Shown: positions 10,542 through 21,485, counted from the stretch's first letter. The stretch: 64,000 nt of DNA from Savitreella phatthalungensis (GCA_051599415.1 AP039708.1:186001-250000); one strand, 5' to 3'. Numbers and translations: made by a program. Notes: generated by a model from the sequence alone, not told the origin.

Positions 10542-11432
10542 ATGATTGTGGGCCGTGTCTCTGTGCGGCTTGCGCTCTGTGTGTGGGTGCTCACTGCCAC
10601 AGCTGTCAACCGACCTTGTCGAGTGCACGACCTGATTGCCAGGCAACTGCTCGCGCCGCAATCTTCCAACATCACAATCTCACAGGTCACCCCGACCTCT
10701 ACCCCATCCACATCAGAAACTTCACCGACCACCTCCTCCACCACCACACCCACGCCCACCCCAACCTCGACCATCACGACACCATCCACCACCACCACCA
10801 CCACCACCACCACGATCACCACGCCGCCGTCATCACCGACCCCGGTCTCAACATCAGACGCCGTACCGACGGAGATTCCTGTGATCAACACATCTCTACA
10901 ACCGACCGAGGTTGCTACGGATCCGACCTCGATGGCTACGGCGACGTTTGGTGTGAGCACTAGTGTTGGTGTGGTGCCTGTGACGGCGACGGGGTCCGAT
11001 TTGGAGACTCTAGTGACGGCGCCGGAGCCACGCTCGTCCATCACACCATCGCCTACGCCGGCACCGACGCAACAGCAGCAGCAGGCTACCTCACCGGCAT
11101 CCCTACCAACACAGGTACCGGCAGACTCACCCACCCCCGAAGAATCGATTCCGAGTACACCATCGGTATCAGCAACCGTCGCAACGACGGCAGATGTCAC
11201 GGACCCCGTGAGCGAGGTCGTCCCAGCATCGGCAAGGACGTCGACGGTGGTGGTGGTTGTGGGTGATGGTGGCGGTGGCGCTGGAGTGACGATGACTAGC
11301 GATGTGGTGGTGTGGGAGGCTGGTGCGACTGATGTTGTGAGTGGTGGTAGTGTGACTGCGTCGCTGCAGTCTGGTGGTGTCAGGGTTGGGATCGGTTGGT
11401 GGTTGTGGGTGATGGTCGGGGTGAATGGATAA
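10542..11432 (+). CDS. Secreted Ser/Thr-rich, probably cell-surface/GPI-type protein
   Basis: N-terminal hydrophobic signal, mucin-like Thr/Ser/Pro body and hydrophobic C-terminus. Confidence 0.65.
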   Translation: MIVGRVSVRLALCVWVLTATAVNRPCRVHDLIARQLLAPQSSNITISQVTPTSTPSTSETSPTTSSTTTPTPTPTSTITTPSTTTTTTTTTITTPPSSPTPVSTSDAVPTEIPVINTSLQPTEVATDPTSMATATFGVSTSVGVVPVTATGSDLETLVTAPEPRSSITPSPTPAPTQQQQQATSPASLPTQVPADSPTPEESIPSTPSVSATVATTADVTDPVSEVVPASARTSTVVVVVGDGGGGAGVTMTSDVVVWEAGATDVVSGGSVTASLQSGGVRVGIGWWLWVMVGVNG

Positions 11433-11464
11433 TATAGAGTAACTCTTTTTTTTTTCTTCTTTGT

Positions 11465-12790
11465 TTAGAGGCGAGGTTTGTCGTCAGCGATCTCTACAAA
11501 CGCTCTGAATAAGACAGCCTCATCGCTCCCGGCGTTCTCCAAGTGGAGTGTCGCTCCAGCACCGACAAAGTATACCTGACCTTCCGACACCGTGTGCGAG
11601 GAGGACTCCCGAAGGGAGAGTAACACTGTACCGCTCGTGACAATCACGATGCTAGGACCATCCACGGGCTCGTGAACGTCCTTGTCATTCTTGTTCTGGA
11701 GGGTGGTGACGGCGACTGCGAATTCGTCGATCGGTGGATCGTACAGGAGTGTCTTGACGGTGTCTGATGAGGGCGTGGATTTTGACCATGAGGTGGGCTG
11801 CATCTTTTGTGCGGCTGCAGGTGCGTAGGCGTAGGTGAGGTTCTGTGTGAGGACGTCGACGTCCTTGAATTTGGGCGTGAAGCCTGCGCGGATGACGTTG
11901 TCAGACGCAGCCATGCACTCGACAATATCGCCAGACAGGTATGCGTGCGCGTCGAGCGCCTTAAGAAACATGGCCTCCCCGGGTGCAAGCTTGACGTAGT
12001 TCAGGAAGAATGTGGAGAAGAGTCCGACATCCTTTGGAAACTGACTATCCAGCCTCACGACCAACTCACCGAGCGCCCTGCCCCCAAGCGGCTGCCCGCC
12101 AGCAAACGAGGAACCACGACCTCGCGCCTCATCCACGAGCGATACCGCGTGTCGGCCAACCTCCGCCTCGGACTTGCGCATCAGCGTCGTGTACAGCGTC
12201 TTGAGTGCAGCCCGATTCGCCTCCACGTCATTGGACCCACTCACTGCAGAGATGAATCGGTCGCACTCACTCTCGCCAATCAGCGCACGCAGCGCCCGGA
12301 CACTCCCACAGAAACCGGCAATCTCCTCCACAGGCCGGAAGCCGCAGAAGCCGTCGAAGGGCGTGAGCGCGATCGCCATCTCCGGCTTGTGGTTGTCGTC
12401 CTTGTAGTTCTTCGGGTCGTTCTTGTGCAGTTGGGCGGCTAGGGCTTTCGTCGGGTGCGCCTGGATTGAGAGAGCCTTCTCGATCGAGAGCACTTTGAGG
12501 AGGAATGGGAGGTGGCCGTCGTAGGCTTCCGAGATGGTTGGACCTGAGAGAGCGGCGTTGTCGGAGAGTGCAGACGCGAGAGTAGTGGAAGGGGCGGCAG
12601 CTAAGGTCGAAGGGCCAGAAGGGTGAGTGCCCATCCACAGCTCAGCGTAGGGAGTCTCATCCGCAGGCTGGAATGATAGTTCAGACGTCGCAGAGGCGTA
12701 CACGGCAGCCTTGGACGTTCGGCCTCGCTTACCCCATGCATACTCGTTGATGCTAGGAACAAGCTGGAAGAGCGGCTCTGGCAGGACCAT
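11465..12790 (-). CDS. PMI40: Mannose-6-phosphate isomerase
   Basis: YAWGK, YAELWMGTHP, LPFLLKVLS...LSIQAHP, DNHKPEM and ECMAASDNV.RAG.TPK. Confidence 0.97.
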   Translation of the reverse strand: MVLPEPLFQLVPSINEYAWGKRGRTSKAAVYASATSELSFQPADETPYAELWMGTHPSGPSTLAAAPSTTLASALSDNAALSGPTISEAYDGHLPFLLKVLSIEKALSIQAHPTKALAAQLHKNDPKNYKDDNHKPEMAIALTPFDGFCGFRPVEEIAGFCGSVRALRALIGESECDRFISAVSGSNDVEANRAALKTLYTTLMRKSEAEVGRHAVSLVDEARGRGSSFAGGQPLGGRALGELVVRLDSQFPKDVGLFSTFFLNYVKLAPGEAMFLKALDAHAYLSGDIVECMAASDNVIRAGFTPKFKDVDVLTQNLTYAYAPAAAQKMQPTSWSKSTPSSDTVKTLLYDPPIDEFAVAVTTLQNKNDKDVHEPVDGPSIVIVTSGTVLLSLRESSSHTVSEGQVYFVGAGATLHLENAGSDEAVLFRAFVEIADDKPRL

Positions 12791-13135
12791 CGAGATGCTT
12801 TGAGATGCTGCTGACACAAAAAGAAGGATGCGAGGAGTAGGTCACTGACCTTGTCTCGTCGTCTCTTTAGAGGCGCGTCTTTCCGTATACGTGCCGGGTA
12901 CAGTACGGATGTATGTGGGTATACGCGTGGTACAGTCTATGATTGCTGATCTGGGCTTGTGCTAATTCGATCAATTTCGATACAATAACAATTTCAAAGA
13001 GATTGATGGATGCTACTACTGCAGTATTGTACAAAAAAGAAATGATCAGATCACGTCACGTGCAATTTTACACTTAACCCTTCACCATCCACTATCCACC
13101 ACCGTACCCATACCTTTTCTGTGTGACACGGAGGT

Positions 13136-14686
13136 TCATACTCTTCCCTTGAGCATCTTTGCACTGACCTTGCGTACACCGCCGTTCGTGACTGAGCCGG
13201 TAGAGACAGTTCGAGAGGAAGGTGCTCCTGAGCCGCCATTGTTGGGAAGCTGTTCCCTGGACGATTTCCGAGTGGAGCGTGGTGAGGAGACTTTGCGGGC
13301 TGAGCCGAGGTCGCCGTACATGGACGACTTACGAGATGGGGAGACCGAGACAGAGACGAGATCATCGACGACGGAGGACGCAGCCAGCAGCTCGTCCTCG
13401 ATGTTTTCCGAATTCTCGCTCGCAGACGTGGTCGTTGTCGTGCCGGCCAGGGAAGCGATTCGTGGGGGCTTCGACGCGACCCTCCGAGGGCTGGGCGCCT
13501 TGCGAGGCTGTCCTGGGGTCGGCGCAGGCAGCGGTCCAGCAGCCTCGCCCTTCTCGTGTACCTTGGCCTCTGTGGTGTTCTCGTGCAGGTCGCCGAGGAT
13601 GGCACGCGGTGGCGTGCTGAAAGGGGATGCCTTGTGAGCGTTGCGCCGTGGGACGCCGTGGTAGCGCCAATCTGTGAAGTGGTGTTGGTTGATGTGTAGC
13701 CAGTGCTGCTGTGGGCCGACGACCATGCCTGGCCGCATGAGCCGCATGAAGCTGATGACCTCGTTCGCCGTAAACCGGTGCTTGTAGATCAGGTACGCGC
13801 CAATCAGGCAGCCGGTCCTGCCGAGACCCGCCTTGCAGTGGACGGCGACCACCTTGTCGGCCTCTGCCATCTCGTCCACCAAACCGATAAAGTCCTTGAC
13901 AATGTCGAGTTCGGGACACGTGCCGTCCTCGAAGAACATGTCGACGTGCTCGATCCCGATCTTCTCGAATTGCGCCTTATCGTACAGGTGAGAGTTGAGT
14001 CGGACGACCATGCCGACCTTGTTGCCCTTGAAGTAGTCGAGCACGTGTGTGAAGGTCGGTGTGATGATCGTGCTTTTCTTCGACGTGAACGGATTCGGCT
14101 TTGTGGTGTAGCCAGGCTGGATGGGGGATGCAAAGGCAATAAAGCGTGGGCAGATCCAGTTGAAATCTCCCTTGTCGACTCGCTCATAGTACTCGTATTC
14201 CTCCAGGTCGAAGGTCTTGATATCCACGATCCCAGCCTCCTTTGCGCGCCAGATCCCATACACAAAGTCCTGGATGGAGAGGGTGTAGTCTGCCTGGGAG
14301 TAGCCTGCGTCGCGGAAGGGCATAAATGGCGGATCTGCCTCTGCGAGCGGTGCGATTGCCAGATGAGGTGGCCAATTCTGGACAAGGACCATATAACATG
14401 CTAGAATACAGGCGGCGTTTGCCCTTGCACGTGAGTTTGTGCGGGAGTAGAAGACGATCGGCTTGCTCGACATGTCTGGGTCACTCAGGATCTCGTGAAG
14501 GATGATGGCGAAGCGATACAGGTGGCCGATGTGAAGTGGTCCAAAGTCATGGTGGAATGCGTTGTAGACGAGCAGATCGTCGACGGTGAAGAATCTGAGC
14601 TGCGGATGTCTCTCTTTTGGGGGTGGTGAATCGAATGCGCTCAGGTAGAGTCTATCCTGAAGGAACTCTATCATCTGCGACGTCAT
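13136..14686 (-). CDS. CDC14: Cdc14-family dual-specificity phosphatase
   Basis: DFGPL, PFRDA, catalytic HCKAGLGRTG and RPGMVVGPQQ. Confidence 0.97.
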   Translation of the reverse strand: MTSQMIEFLQDRLYLSAFDSPPPKERHPQLRFFTVDDLLVYNAFHHDFGPLHIGHLYRFAIILHEILSDPDMSSKPIVFYSRTNSRARANAACILACYMVLVQNWPPHLAIAPLAEADPPFMPFRDAGYSQADYTLSIQDFVYGIWRAKEAGIVDIKTFDLEEYEYYERVDKGDFNWICPRFIAFASPIQPGYTTKPNPFTSKKSTIITPTFTHVLDYFKGNKVGMVVRLNSHLYDKAQFEKIGIEHVDMFFEDGTCPELDIVKDFIGLVDEMAEADKVVAVHCKAGLGRTGCLIGAYLIYKHRFTANEVISFMRLMRPGMVVGPQQHWLHINQHHFTDWRYHGVPRRNAHKASPFSTPPRAILGDLHENTTEAKVHEKGEAAGPLPAPTPGQPRKAPSPRRVASKPPRIASLAGTTTTTSASENSENIEDELLAASSVVDDLVSVSVSPSRKSSMYGDLGSARKVSSPRSTRKSSREQLPNNGGSGAPSSRTVSTGSVTNGGVRKVSAKMLKGRV

Positions 14687-15644
14687 GACTGGTGGTCGAG
14701 GTGTCGAGCGATGGAGATGGAGGTGTCAAGAAGTGGAGGTGGAAGAGCGAGAAAGAGAGGGAGCGTGGGAGTGGAGAGAAGAGGGAGACTGGTCGGTTGG
14801 TATGGCGACAGGTGAGTGGTTGTTCTGGTCGATACAGGAGTGGGAGACCGATATGCAGGTACGGGAGGATTGAGCTGCGGTGGTGTGAGGAAGTGGATGT
14901 GCGTGTGCGCGTGAGGGAGCGTGAGGATGAGTGTGTATGTGTATGTGTGTGATGGAAGGGTTGTTGTTGTTGTATGTGTTGGTGATGGTGTTGTTGTGAT
15001 GTTCGAATGGGCATTCATGGATTAAGAAGAACCCTTAGTTAAATCCATCTTTTTCTTACTGAATTTGGTTGCCGAATTGGGTTCTGATTAGATTTCGATT
15101 TACTCTGATATGATATGATTTGATTTGATTTAATTCTGATTTGATTTGATTTGATTTTGAGTTGTCCATGTCATTTGAATTCCAGCTGAGCTCAAAGGAG
15201 GCGAATCCACGTCAGTCCAACGCATCAACTCATTCAATCACTCACTCATTCACCCATGTCAGTCACGCCACCAATCGCGCAGTCAACCACTCAATCACGA
15301 CTGTACTGATGCGCCAGTGAGTGATTCATATGGGTCGTTCTTGTGTCGCAGTCGCAGTACAGCAGCAGCAGCAATTCACTTTATGCAGATCATGCAACTG
15401 ACTTTGCACACCCGTCACTTTTCGAGAGCTTAAGATTCCGAAACCGATGTGCTGAACTTTAGCTAGCCAAGGGGAAAACCTTTGACTGAGAGAGTGCGCT
15501 TTGATCAATACACCCAATTACAAAGCGCATTAGACAATCTACTGCCAGAGTGCAGTCGAGTCTGCTGATTGAGGAAGAAAGGAAAGAGCAGGAAGCTTGG
15601 GAAGCAGAGAAGCAATGACACTTGCACCTGTTTGCGTACTATCG

Positions 15645-15845
15645 CTCACTCACTCACCCAGTCAGTCATTCAATCATTCGTTCACTCAATCATTCACTCA
15701 GTCAATCATTCGCTCAGTCAATCATTCACTCAGTCAATCATTCACTCAGTCAATCATTCACTCGGTCACTCTTTCACTCGGTCACTTGTGCATCCACTTC
15801 ATCCGCTGGCTCACACAGTCGCATCCACTTTCATTCACTCATTGC
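15645..15845. repeat. Degenerate (NTCR)n tetramer array with a 16-nt higher-order unit TCACTCAGTCAATCAT
   Basis: Directly visible: gtca gtca ttca atca ttcg ttca ctca atca ttca ctca gtca atca... Confidence 0.9.
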
Positions 15846-16569
15846 ATTTGGAGAAATGGACGAGAGTTTTGCTTCTAAGAATAGCAACACCATCATCAAT
15901 CCACAAATATCCAGAATACAGGCTGTCGCTGGCTGACTGCATCTTTTCCTTCTTCTCGTGATCATGCATCATTTCATGCATGCAATCCACAGAATGGATG
16001 GTCAGGGCTGAATATTCGAAAGATCAGAAGATGAAACTTTCGATCAATCTGAATCTGAATCTGAATTTTCAATTTTCAATTTTCAATTTTCAATTTTGAA
16101 AATATCCTGATCAGCAAATCGTTCCAGTCAGCGCTCCTGCTCGTCCTCCGTCCAGAGTCACTAGTCTCGGGTCTCCAGTCTCCAGTCTGGAGTCTGCAAT
16201 CTGGAGCCTTGGTCTCTGAGTCTCGCGCTCGGGTAAATCATCCTCCGTCATCATCTTCAGTATCATCAGCATCACCAAACACCAACACCACCACCACCAC
16301 CACTTGCATTTGTTTCGATCTGATCTCGAAGTCTCCACGCTACACGCTCTCCACCCTCCAACAGACACAGGAGTCGCCTATCTCATCCAAAAGTTTGAGA
16401 GCCCATTCGTGAGATCCGTGTGTGACACGGTACATGACACACACGTCATCCACTTGCATCACCCACTAGCTTTCGTTCCCTTCTACTTCTTCTCCTTCTT
16501 CTCCTTCTCCTCCTTTTCCGACTCCTTCCACGGCTCCGTGTCATTTCCTTCTTCATTCTCTCCTCACCA

Positions 16570-19500
16570 ATGGTCCACCTGGCAGCCTTGCCTGGCAAGC
16601 TCAAGAGCCATCTGACCAGTAAAGGAAAATCAAAGGATGATGACACCTTCCCAGACTCACCCCTCAAACTCAAGGTCAAGCTCATCCGTGCACGTAACCT
16701 AGCTGCAAAGGACAGGAGGTCAAGAAAGAGTGATCCGTACCTCCTCCTGCGCTTCAACAACTCCACAGCATCCACAAAAGTCATCTCAAACAACCTCGAT
16801 CCAGTCTGGGATGAGACAAAGACATTCCCGCTCCACAAATCACATGGTTACAGGCTCGAGATTGTGGCCTGGGACTGGGACCGCTTCTCCTCCAAGGACT
16901 ACCTCGGAGAATTCACCATCAACCTCAAGCAGCATTTCGCCCATCACCCACTCTCCGGAGGAGGCACCTCGCAGTGGCACTCCCTCAAATCGTTCAGAAG
17001 CGGTCGTAAGTCTTCTTTTGTCAGCGGCGACGTCGAGATCATGCTCTGGCTCGAGGGTGCATCGCCTGAGGACGACCTCGAGCCGCTCTGGCACGCTTTC
17101 CTCGAATCCATCGACGAATCGCCAGAAAAGGCGGTAGCCAATGCACGACCCGACATGCCTGTTGGTATGCAGAGGTCAGAGGACGTCGACAGAGTGATGA
17201 CCATGGACTCGACGGAGTGCTCGAGCGAGGAAGAGGACACGCTCGGCGCTGTCGACTCTGACCGGGATGATGAGCCTGCGAGCGACGAAGAGGAACAACC
17301 CCATACCCACACAACTCCCACGCAAGCGCCACCCAAGCGACGGAGACGTCTGAGGAAACGTCGTCATGTGGCTGCGCCGTTCCAGTTCACCTCCTCGAGT
17401 GCCAGAGACACCCTCGGCCTTGTCTTTCTCGAGATTGTCTCGGCCACAGATCTGCCACGGGAGAGGAACGTCACCAAGACCTCCTTTGACATGGACCCGT
17501 TTGTGGTGACGAGCTTCAGCAAGAAAGTCTTCCGCACCCGCGTCGTCCGGCACTCCCTCAACCCCCAGTTCAACGACAAGGTCCTCTTCCAGGTGCACAG
17601 GCACGAGGCGAACTTCTCCCTCCAGTTCAACGTCATCGACCGCGACAAGCTCAGTGGCAACGACTTTGTGGGATCCACCACACTGGACGTCGGCGAGCTG
17701 ATCTCTAACGGTCCAAAGGCCGATACCAACACAGGACTCTACAACGTCGAGTCGATCGAGGCACCGGCGGTGGCAGCTCGACCAAAAAAGCAGCCAAAGG
17801 CACCGCGCATCGGCGCTGTCAAGCGACAGGACACGGCTTCGAGCACGACGTCTCTCGAGGACGACCTTGCATCCCTCAAGATCGCAGATCCAGACATGCG
17901 ACAGTATGATCTGCCGATTACGATCGCTGCGAACGTCGGCTGGACGGACAAGGTGAGTCCACGACTGCAGATTAAGGCCAAGTATGTGCCCTACCCGGCG
18001 CTCAGACAACAATTCTGGCGGACGATGCTGCGGCACTACGATGTCGACGAGACAGGTCTCATCTCGCGTGTAGAGCTTACGACGATGCTCGACTCCCTGG
18101 GCGCGACGCTTCGTGACAGCACGGTCGATGGCTTCTACGCTCGCTTTGGCAAGCTGTCGATGGCGGACGAGGAGGCGTCATCGCCGTCTGATGGCCTCAC
18201 GATCGATGAGTGCATCATCTGCCTGGAAGACCACCTTCAAGGACTCACAACCAGGCCGCCATCGCGTACCTCAGCCACCGCCGTTCCACGACCTCAGCCG
18301 GCTCGGATGCTCAGCACGCTCGACGATGATGATGCCGCAGAGTACCTGATCAATATCTCCCAGTGCCCGATCTGCAACAAGGCTCACATGAATCGGAAGG
18401 CTGGGGTGGACATCGTCACACACCTTGCCACGTGTGCGTCCCAGGACTGGCGCAAGGTCGACCACCTCGTCATGGGTGACTTTGTGACACCATCACAGGC
18501 CTCTCGGAAGTGGTACACCAAGATCATCACAAAGGTCGGCTACGGTGGCTACAAGCTCGGGGCGAACAGTGCCAACATCCTGGTCCAGGACCGCCGGACT
18601 GGCCAGATCCAGGAGGAGCGGATGTCCGTGTACGTCCGGTTGGGCATCCGTCTGCTGTACAAGGGCATCAAGTCGAGCCGGATGGAGACGTCGAGGATCA
18701 GGAAACTACTGAAGTCGATGAGCGTCAAGCAAGGGGTCAAATACGACTCACCGAACTCGGCCAAGGACATCGCCGCCTTCATCAACTTCCACCAGCTCGA
18801 TATGTCGGAAGTGCTCGAGCCAGTCGAGAACTTCCACAGCTTCAACGAGTTCTTCTATCGCAAGCTCAAGCCAGGCGCTCGACCGTGCACCGGTACGTCG
18901 GAGATCGCAGTCTCTCCAGCAGACTGCCGATCCGTCGTCTTCAACGAGCTCACCACCGCCACCCAGATCTGGGTGAAAGGTCAGAACTTTTCGCTGTCTC
19001 GGCTGTTTGGTGACGCGTACCCGGAGGATGCGAGCCTGTTCGAGGGTGGTGCTCTCGGGATCTTCAGACTGGCACCACAGGACTACCACCGCTTCCACGT
19101 GCCCTGTGACGGGATCGTCGGCCAGCCTCGCACGATCGCAGGACAATACTACACGGTCAACCCGATGGCCATCAGATCAAGTCTAGACGTCTACGGCGAG
19201 AATGTGAGGGTGTGCGTGCCGATCGACTCGCCCGAATTCGGCAGGGTGATGGCGGTGTGCGTGGGTGCGATGATGGTCGGTAGCACAGTGATCACAGCAG
19301 AGGCAGGTCAGTCGGTCAAGCGTGGTGATGAACTCGGATTTTTCAAATTCGGTGGCAGCACCGTTCTGCTCCTCTTCCAGAAGGGCAAGTTCGTATTTGA
19401 CGAAGACTTGGTGGGGAACTCGAACTCGGCCATCGAAACCCTGCTCAGGGTCGGCTCGTCGATCGGTCATCCGCCGGGCGTGCCGGACGCTCCATCGGAA

Positions 19501-19689
19501 AAAATCACAAATCCGACGACGACCGACAAGGCAGAGGCGAATCGCCGTCTCGCAGGCAGCATGCCTCCGCGGCAGCCAGACGCAGCTCTCGGTGACTCCA
19601 CCAAGACAGGCATCTTATCAGCCCTAAAAGATCCAGCACAGGCTGCAAGCGACGCCAAAGCTTCCCTGCTACCAGGTCACATTTCCTAG
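16570..19689 (+). CDS. PSD2: Phosphatidylserine decarboxylase 2 (two C2 domains, EF-hand-like region, PSD domain)
   Basis: SDPY and DWDRFS C2 motifs, FNEFFYRKLKP, RLAPQDYHRFH and self-cleavage motif FGGST. Confidence 0.96.
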   Translation: MVHLAALPGKLKSHLTSKGKSKDDDTFPDSPLKLKVKLIRARNLAAKDRRSRKSDPYLLLRFNNSTASTKVISNNLDPVWDETKTFPLHKSHGYRLEIVAWDWDRFSSKDYLGEFTINLKQHFAHHPLSGGGTSQWHSLKSFRSGRKSSFVSGDVEIMLWLEGASPEDDLEPLWHAFLESIDESPEKAVANARPDMPVGMQRSEDVDRVMTMDSTECSSEEEDTLGAVDSDRDDEPASDEEEQPHTHTTPTQAPPKRRRRLRKRRHVAAPFQFTSSSARDTLGLVFLEIVSATDLPRERNVTKTSFDMDPFVVTSFSKKVFRTRVVRHSLNPQFNDKVLFQVHRHEANFSLQFNVIDRDKLSGNDFVGSTTLDVGELISNGPKADTNTGLYNVESIEAPAVAARPKKQPKAPRIGAVKRQDTASSTTSLEDDLASLKIADPDMRQYDLPITIAANVGWTDKVSPRLQIKAKYVPYPALRQQFWRTMLRHYDVDETGLISRVELTTMLDSLGATLRDSTVDGFYARFGKLSMADEEASSPSDGLTIDECIICLEDHLQGLTTRPPSRTSATAVPRPQPARMLSTLDDDDAAEYLINISQCPICNKAHMNRKAGVDIVTHLATCASQDWRKVDHLVMGDFVTPSQASRKWYTKIITKVGYGGYKLGANSANILVQDRRTGQIQEERMSVYVRLGIRLLYKGIKSSRMETSRIRKLLKSMSVKQGVKYDSPNSAKDIAAFINFHQLDMSEVLEPVENFHSFNEFFYRKLKPGARPCTGTSEIAVSPADCRSVVFNELTTATQIWVKGQNFSLSRLFGDAYPEDASLFEGGALGIFRLAPQDYHRFHVPCDGIVGQPRTIAGQYYTVNPMAIRSSLDVYGENVRVCVPIDSPEFGRVMAVCVGAMMVGSTVITAEAGQSVKRGDELGFFKFGGSTVLLLFQKGKFVFDEDLVGNSNSAIETLLRVGSSIGHPPGVPDAPSEKITNPTTTDKAEANRRLAGSMPPRQPDAALGDSTKTGILSALKDPAQAASDAKASLLPGHIS

Positions 19690-19720
19690 CAATAGAAATG
19701 CCGCCTTATGACATGAAAAA

Positions 19721-20845
19721 TCAGCCCCAGTCGAGCCGTCGTAACTTGGCCTCGCTCTCGCCAGCAGCGACGGCCGAGGGAACCTTGATACCACAGCAGT
19801 CTGCCCAAGTGTTGTGGATGTGCTCATTACCGTGATCGTCGAGTGCCGGTGCGGGGGAGACGCCGTCAGGGGCAGGGATGACACCCCCAAAAAGAAAGTG
19901 CTGGACAACAGGTACCTTGCCGAGGACCTCGACATCGTACATCCGCATCATCCCGTCGTTGACCTTTGCCCACGACTTTGCGGCGGAGATATCATCGAGC
20001 ATGGGCGAGTGCCAGCGCAATCCCACAGCTCCAGATTTCGTCTCGTGCAAATGTGCGATGCAGCCGAGGTACATGTACTTGTGTGAGAGTCCACGGAGGG
20101 TCTCGCTGTCGCGGATACTCGCAGGTCGGAGGTGCGGGTGAGTCCTGAGCTGGGAGGACCCAAAGACGAATGGGAGGAAATGAAAATCGTCCAACCCCCA
20201 GACACCATGCGAGCCAGCAGGCTCAAGCCAGTACTGCGCCTGCACCTTCCGCATCAACCGCAGATACCGCGTGAAGACGACGAGCACAAGCTCCTTCGCA
20301 TCATCGTCGCACGCAAGCCCAGATACGTCCGTCACACCACCACGCAACTTGTGTCCAGGCAACTCCCCAACGCCAGGTCGTCCATCCACCTTCACAACCC
20401 CAAACGCAGCCATGCAGATCAGCCAGCAGATGAAATTCAACTCGTGGCCGCTGCCGTAGTCGACCCGAGTCCGATTTCCAAAGGACTCGACAAGGTACGT
20501 GCCTGCCTCGTCTGCGTGTTCGAGGGAGAGGGAGAGCGTGGTGTGGAGATCGCGAGAGCAGGAGCGGACGGCGTCGTAGAACGATCTGAATGCAGGGTTA
20601 CCGAACCGCGAGCCAGCATTGTCGATCGGTGGGTTAGCGTCGACGAGTGCGTCCACGGCATCGAGGATCTTCAGGAGGGCGTGGATGCCAGGCCGATAGG
20701 TCTGGGTCACAGCATCGTTAGACAGTCCACAGCATGCGCTGTTGAGGTCGGAGATGAAGGAACTCACACGGCCGTAGGAAGAGGGGTGGGATCTGAAGAT
20801 GGCCAAGTCAGACTCGCTCACGATCCGTCTCCTCGGGATGACCAT
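19721..20845 (-). CDS. PP2A phosphatase activator PTPA (Rrd2/Ypa2-like)
   Basis: RFGNPAFR, SFGN.TR.DYGSGHELNF, LEPAGSHGVWGLDD, HSPMLDDIS and CCGIKVPS. Confidence 0.93.
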   Translation of the reverse strand: MVIPRRRIVSESDLAIFRSHPSSYGRVSSFISDLNSACCGLSNDAVTQTYRPGIHALLKILDAVDALVDANPPIDNAGSRFGNPAFRSFYDAVRSCSRDLHTTLSLSLEHADEAGTYLVESFGNRTRVDYGSGHELNFICWLICMAAFGVVKVDGRPGVGELPGHKLRGGVTDVSGLACDDDAKELVLVVFTRYLRLMRKVQAQYWLEPAGSHGVWGLDDFHFLPFVFGSSQLRTHPHLRPASIRDSETLRGLSHKYMYLGCIAHLHETKSGAVGLRWHSPMLDDISAAKSWAKVNDGMMRMYDVEVLGKVPVVQHFLFGGVIPAPDGVSPAPALDDHGNEHIHNTWADCCGIKVPSAVAAGESEAKLRRLDWG

Positions 20846-20899
20846 TCGAGAAGAAGCGAAGAAGGTCCCAGAACCAGCGGCTCAGATACAGACACAGAC

Positions 20900-21075
20900 A
20901 CAGTGACCAGAAGTCAGTGACCCAGATCCGGTGATCCCAGACAGTGACCCACCTTCGTCGACCAAAAGTGAGCGACTCGGACTCAGTGACCCAGACTCAG
21001 TGACGAACCAGACAGTGAGTGACCCAGACCACGGAGGGTGAGCCAGACAACCAGACAGTGACTCTAGACCAGTGA
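20900..21075 (+). repeat. Array of AGTGACCCAGA-like motifs on the 3' side of the tRNA gene
   Basis: Repeated cagtgaccca / ccagac units. Confidence 0.75.
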
Positions 21076-21118
21076 AGAGGATGTCCTCAAGAGGATCAAA
21101 AAGAATCAAAAAAGAAAT

Positions 21119-21228
21119 TGGTCATGGAGGGGCTCGAACCCTCAGCCTTGACGTGAACGGATTTTAAGAAATCCCAGCTAACAGGAAAAATATTAGCGTC
21201 ACGCGCTAACCAGTTGCGCCACACGACC
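21119..21228 (-). tRNA. tRNA-Ile(AAT) with 36-nt intron (21155-21190)
   Basis: Acceptor GGTCGTG/CATGACC-A, D-arm GCGC/GCGC, anticodon stem TGACG/CGTCA with CT-AAT-A, intron after position 37, T-arm GAGGG-TTCGAGC-CCCTC. T-rich terminator follows. Confidence 0.95.
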
Positions 21229-21307
21229 CCGAACGATTTGAAGCGGGAGTCATCTATATGAATAATGAATCCTGGGTCAGCAAATGTAATATCTTCTTCC
21301 ATCTGCT

Positions 21308-21470
21308 CGTCAGTCGAGCACTCGGTCACTCGGTCACTCGATCAGTCACTCGATCACTCGATCAGTCACTCGGTCAGTCAGTGGGTCACCTTGTGTCAGT
21401 CAGTGGGTCACTCAGTCAGTCAGTGGGTCACCTTGTGTCAATCACTGGGTCACTCGGTCACCGAGTAACT
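21308..21470 (+). repeat. (CTCGGTCA/GTCA/TGGGTCAC) degenerate array on the 5' side of the tRNA gene
   Basis: ctcg gtca ctcg gtca ctcg atca gtca..., plus repeated gtgggtcac units. Confidence 0.85.
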
Positions 21471-21485
21471 CATTCCATCTACCAT

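Noticed and set aside
10469..11200. Long antisense and alternate-frame ORFs (here and over PSD2, TKL1, MCM4, EXO5 and others)
   Set aside because: Expected shadows of GC-rich coding sequence, with no independent motifs.
12812..12850. Possible 5'-UTR intron of PMI40 (GTCAGT..TCAG on the - strand)
   Set aside because: No convincing branch site, so it cannot be supported without transcripts.
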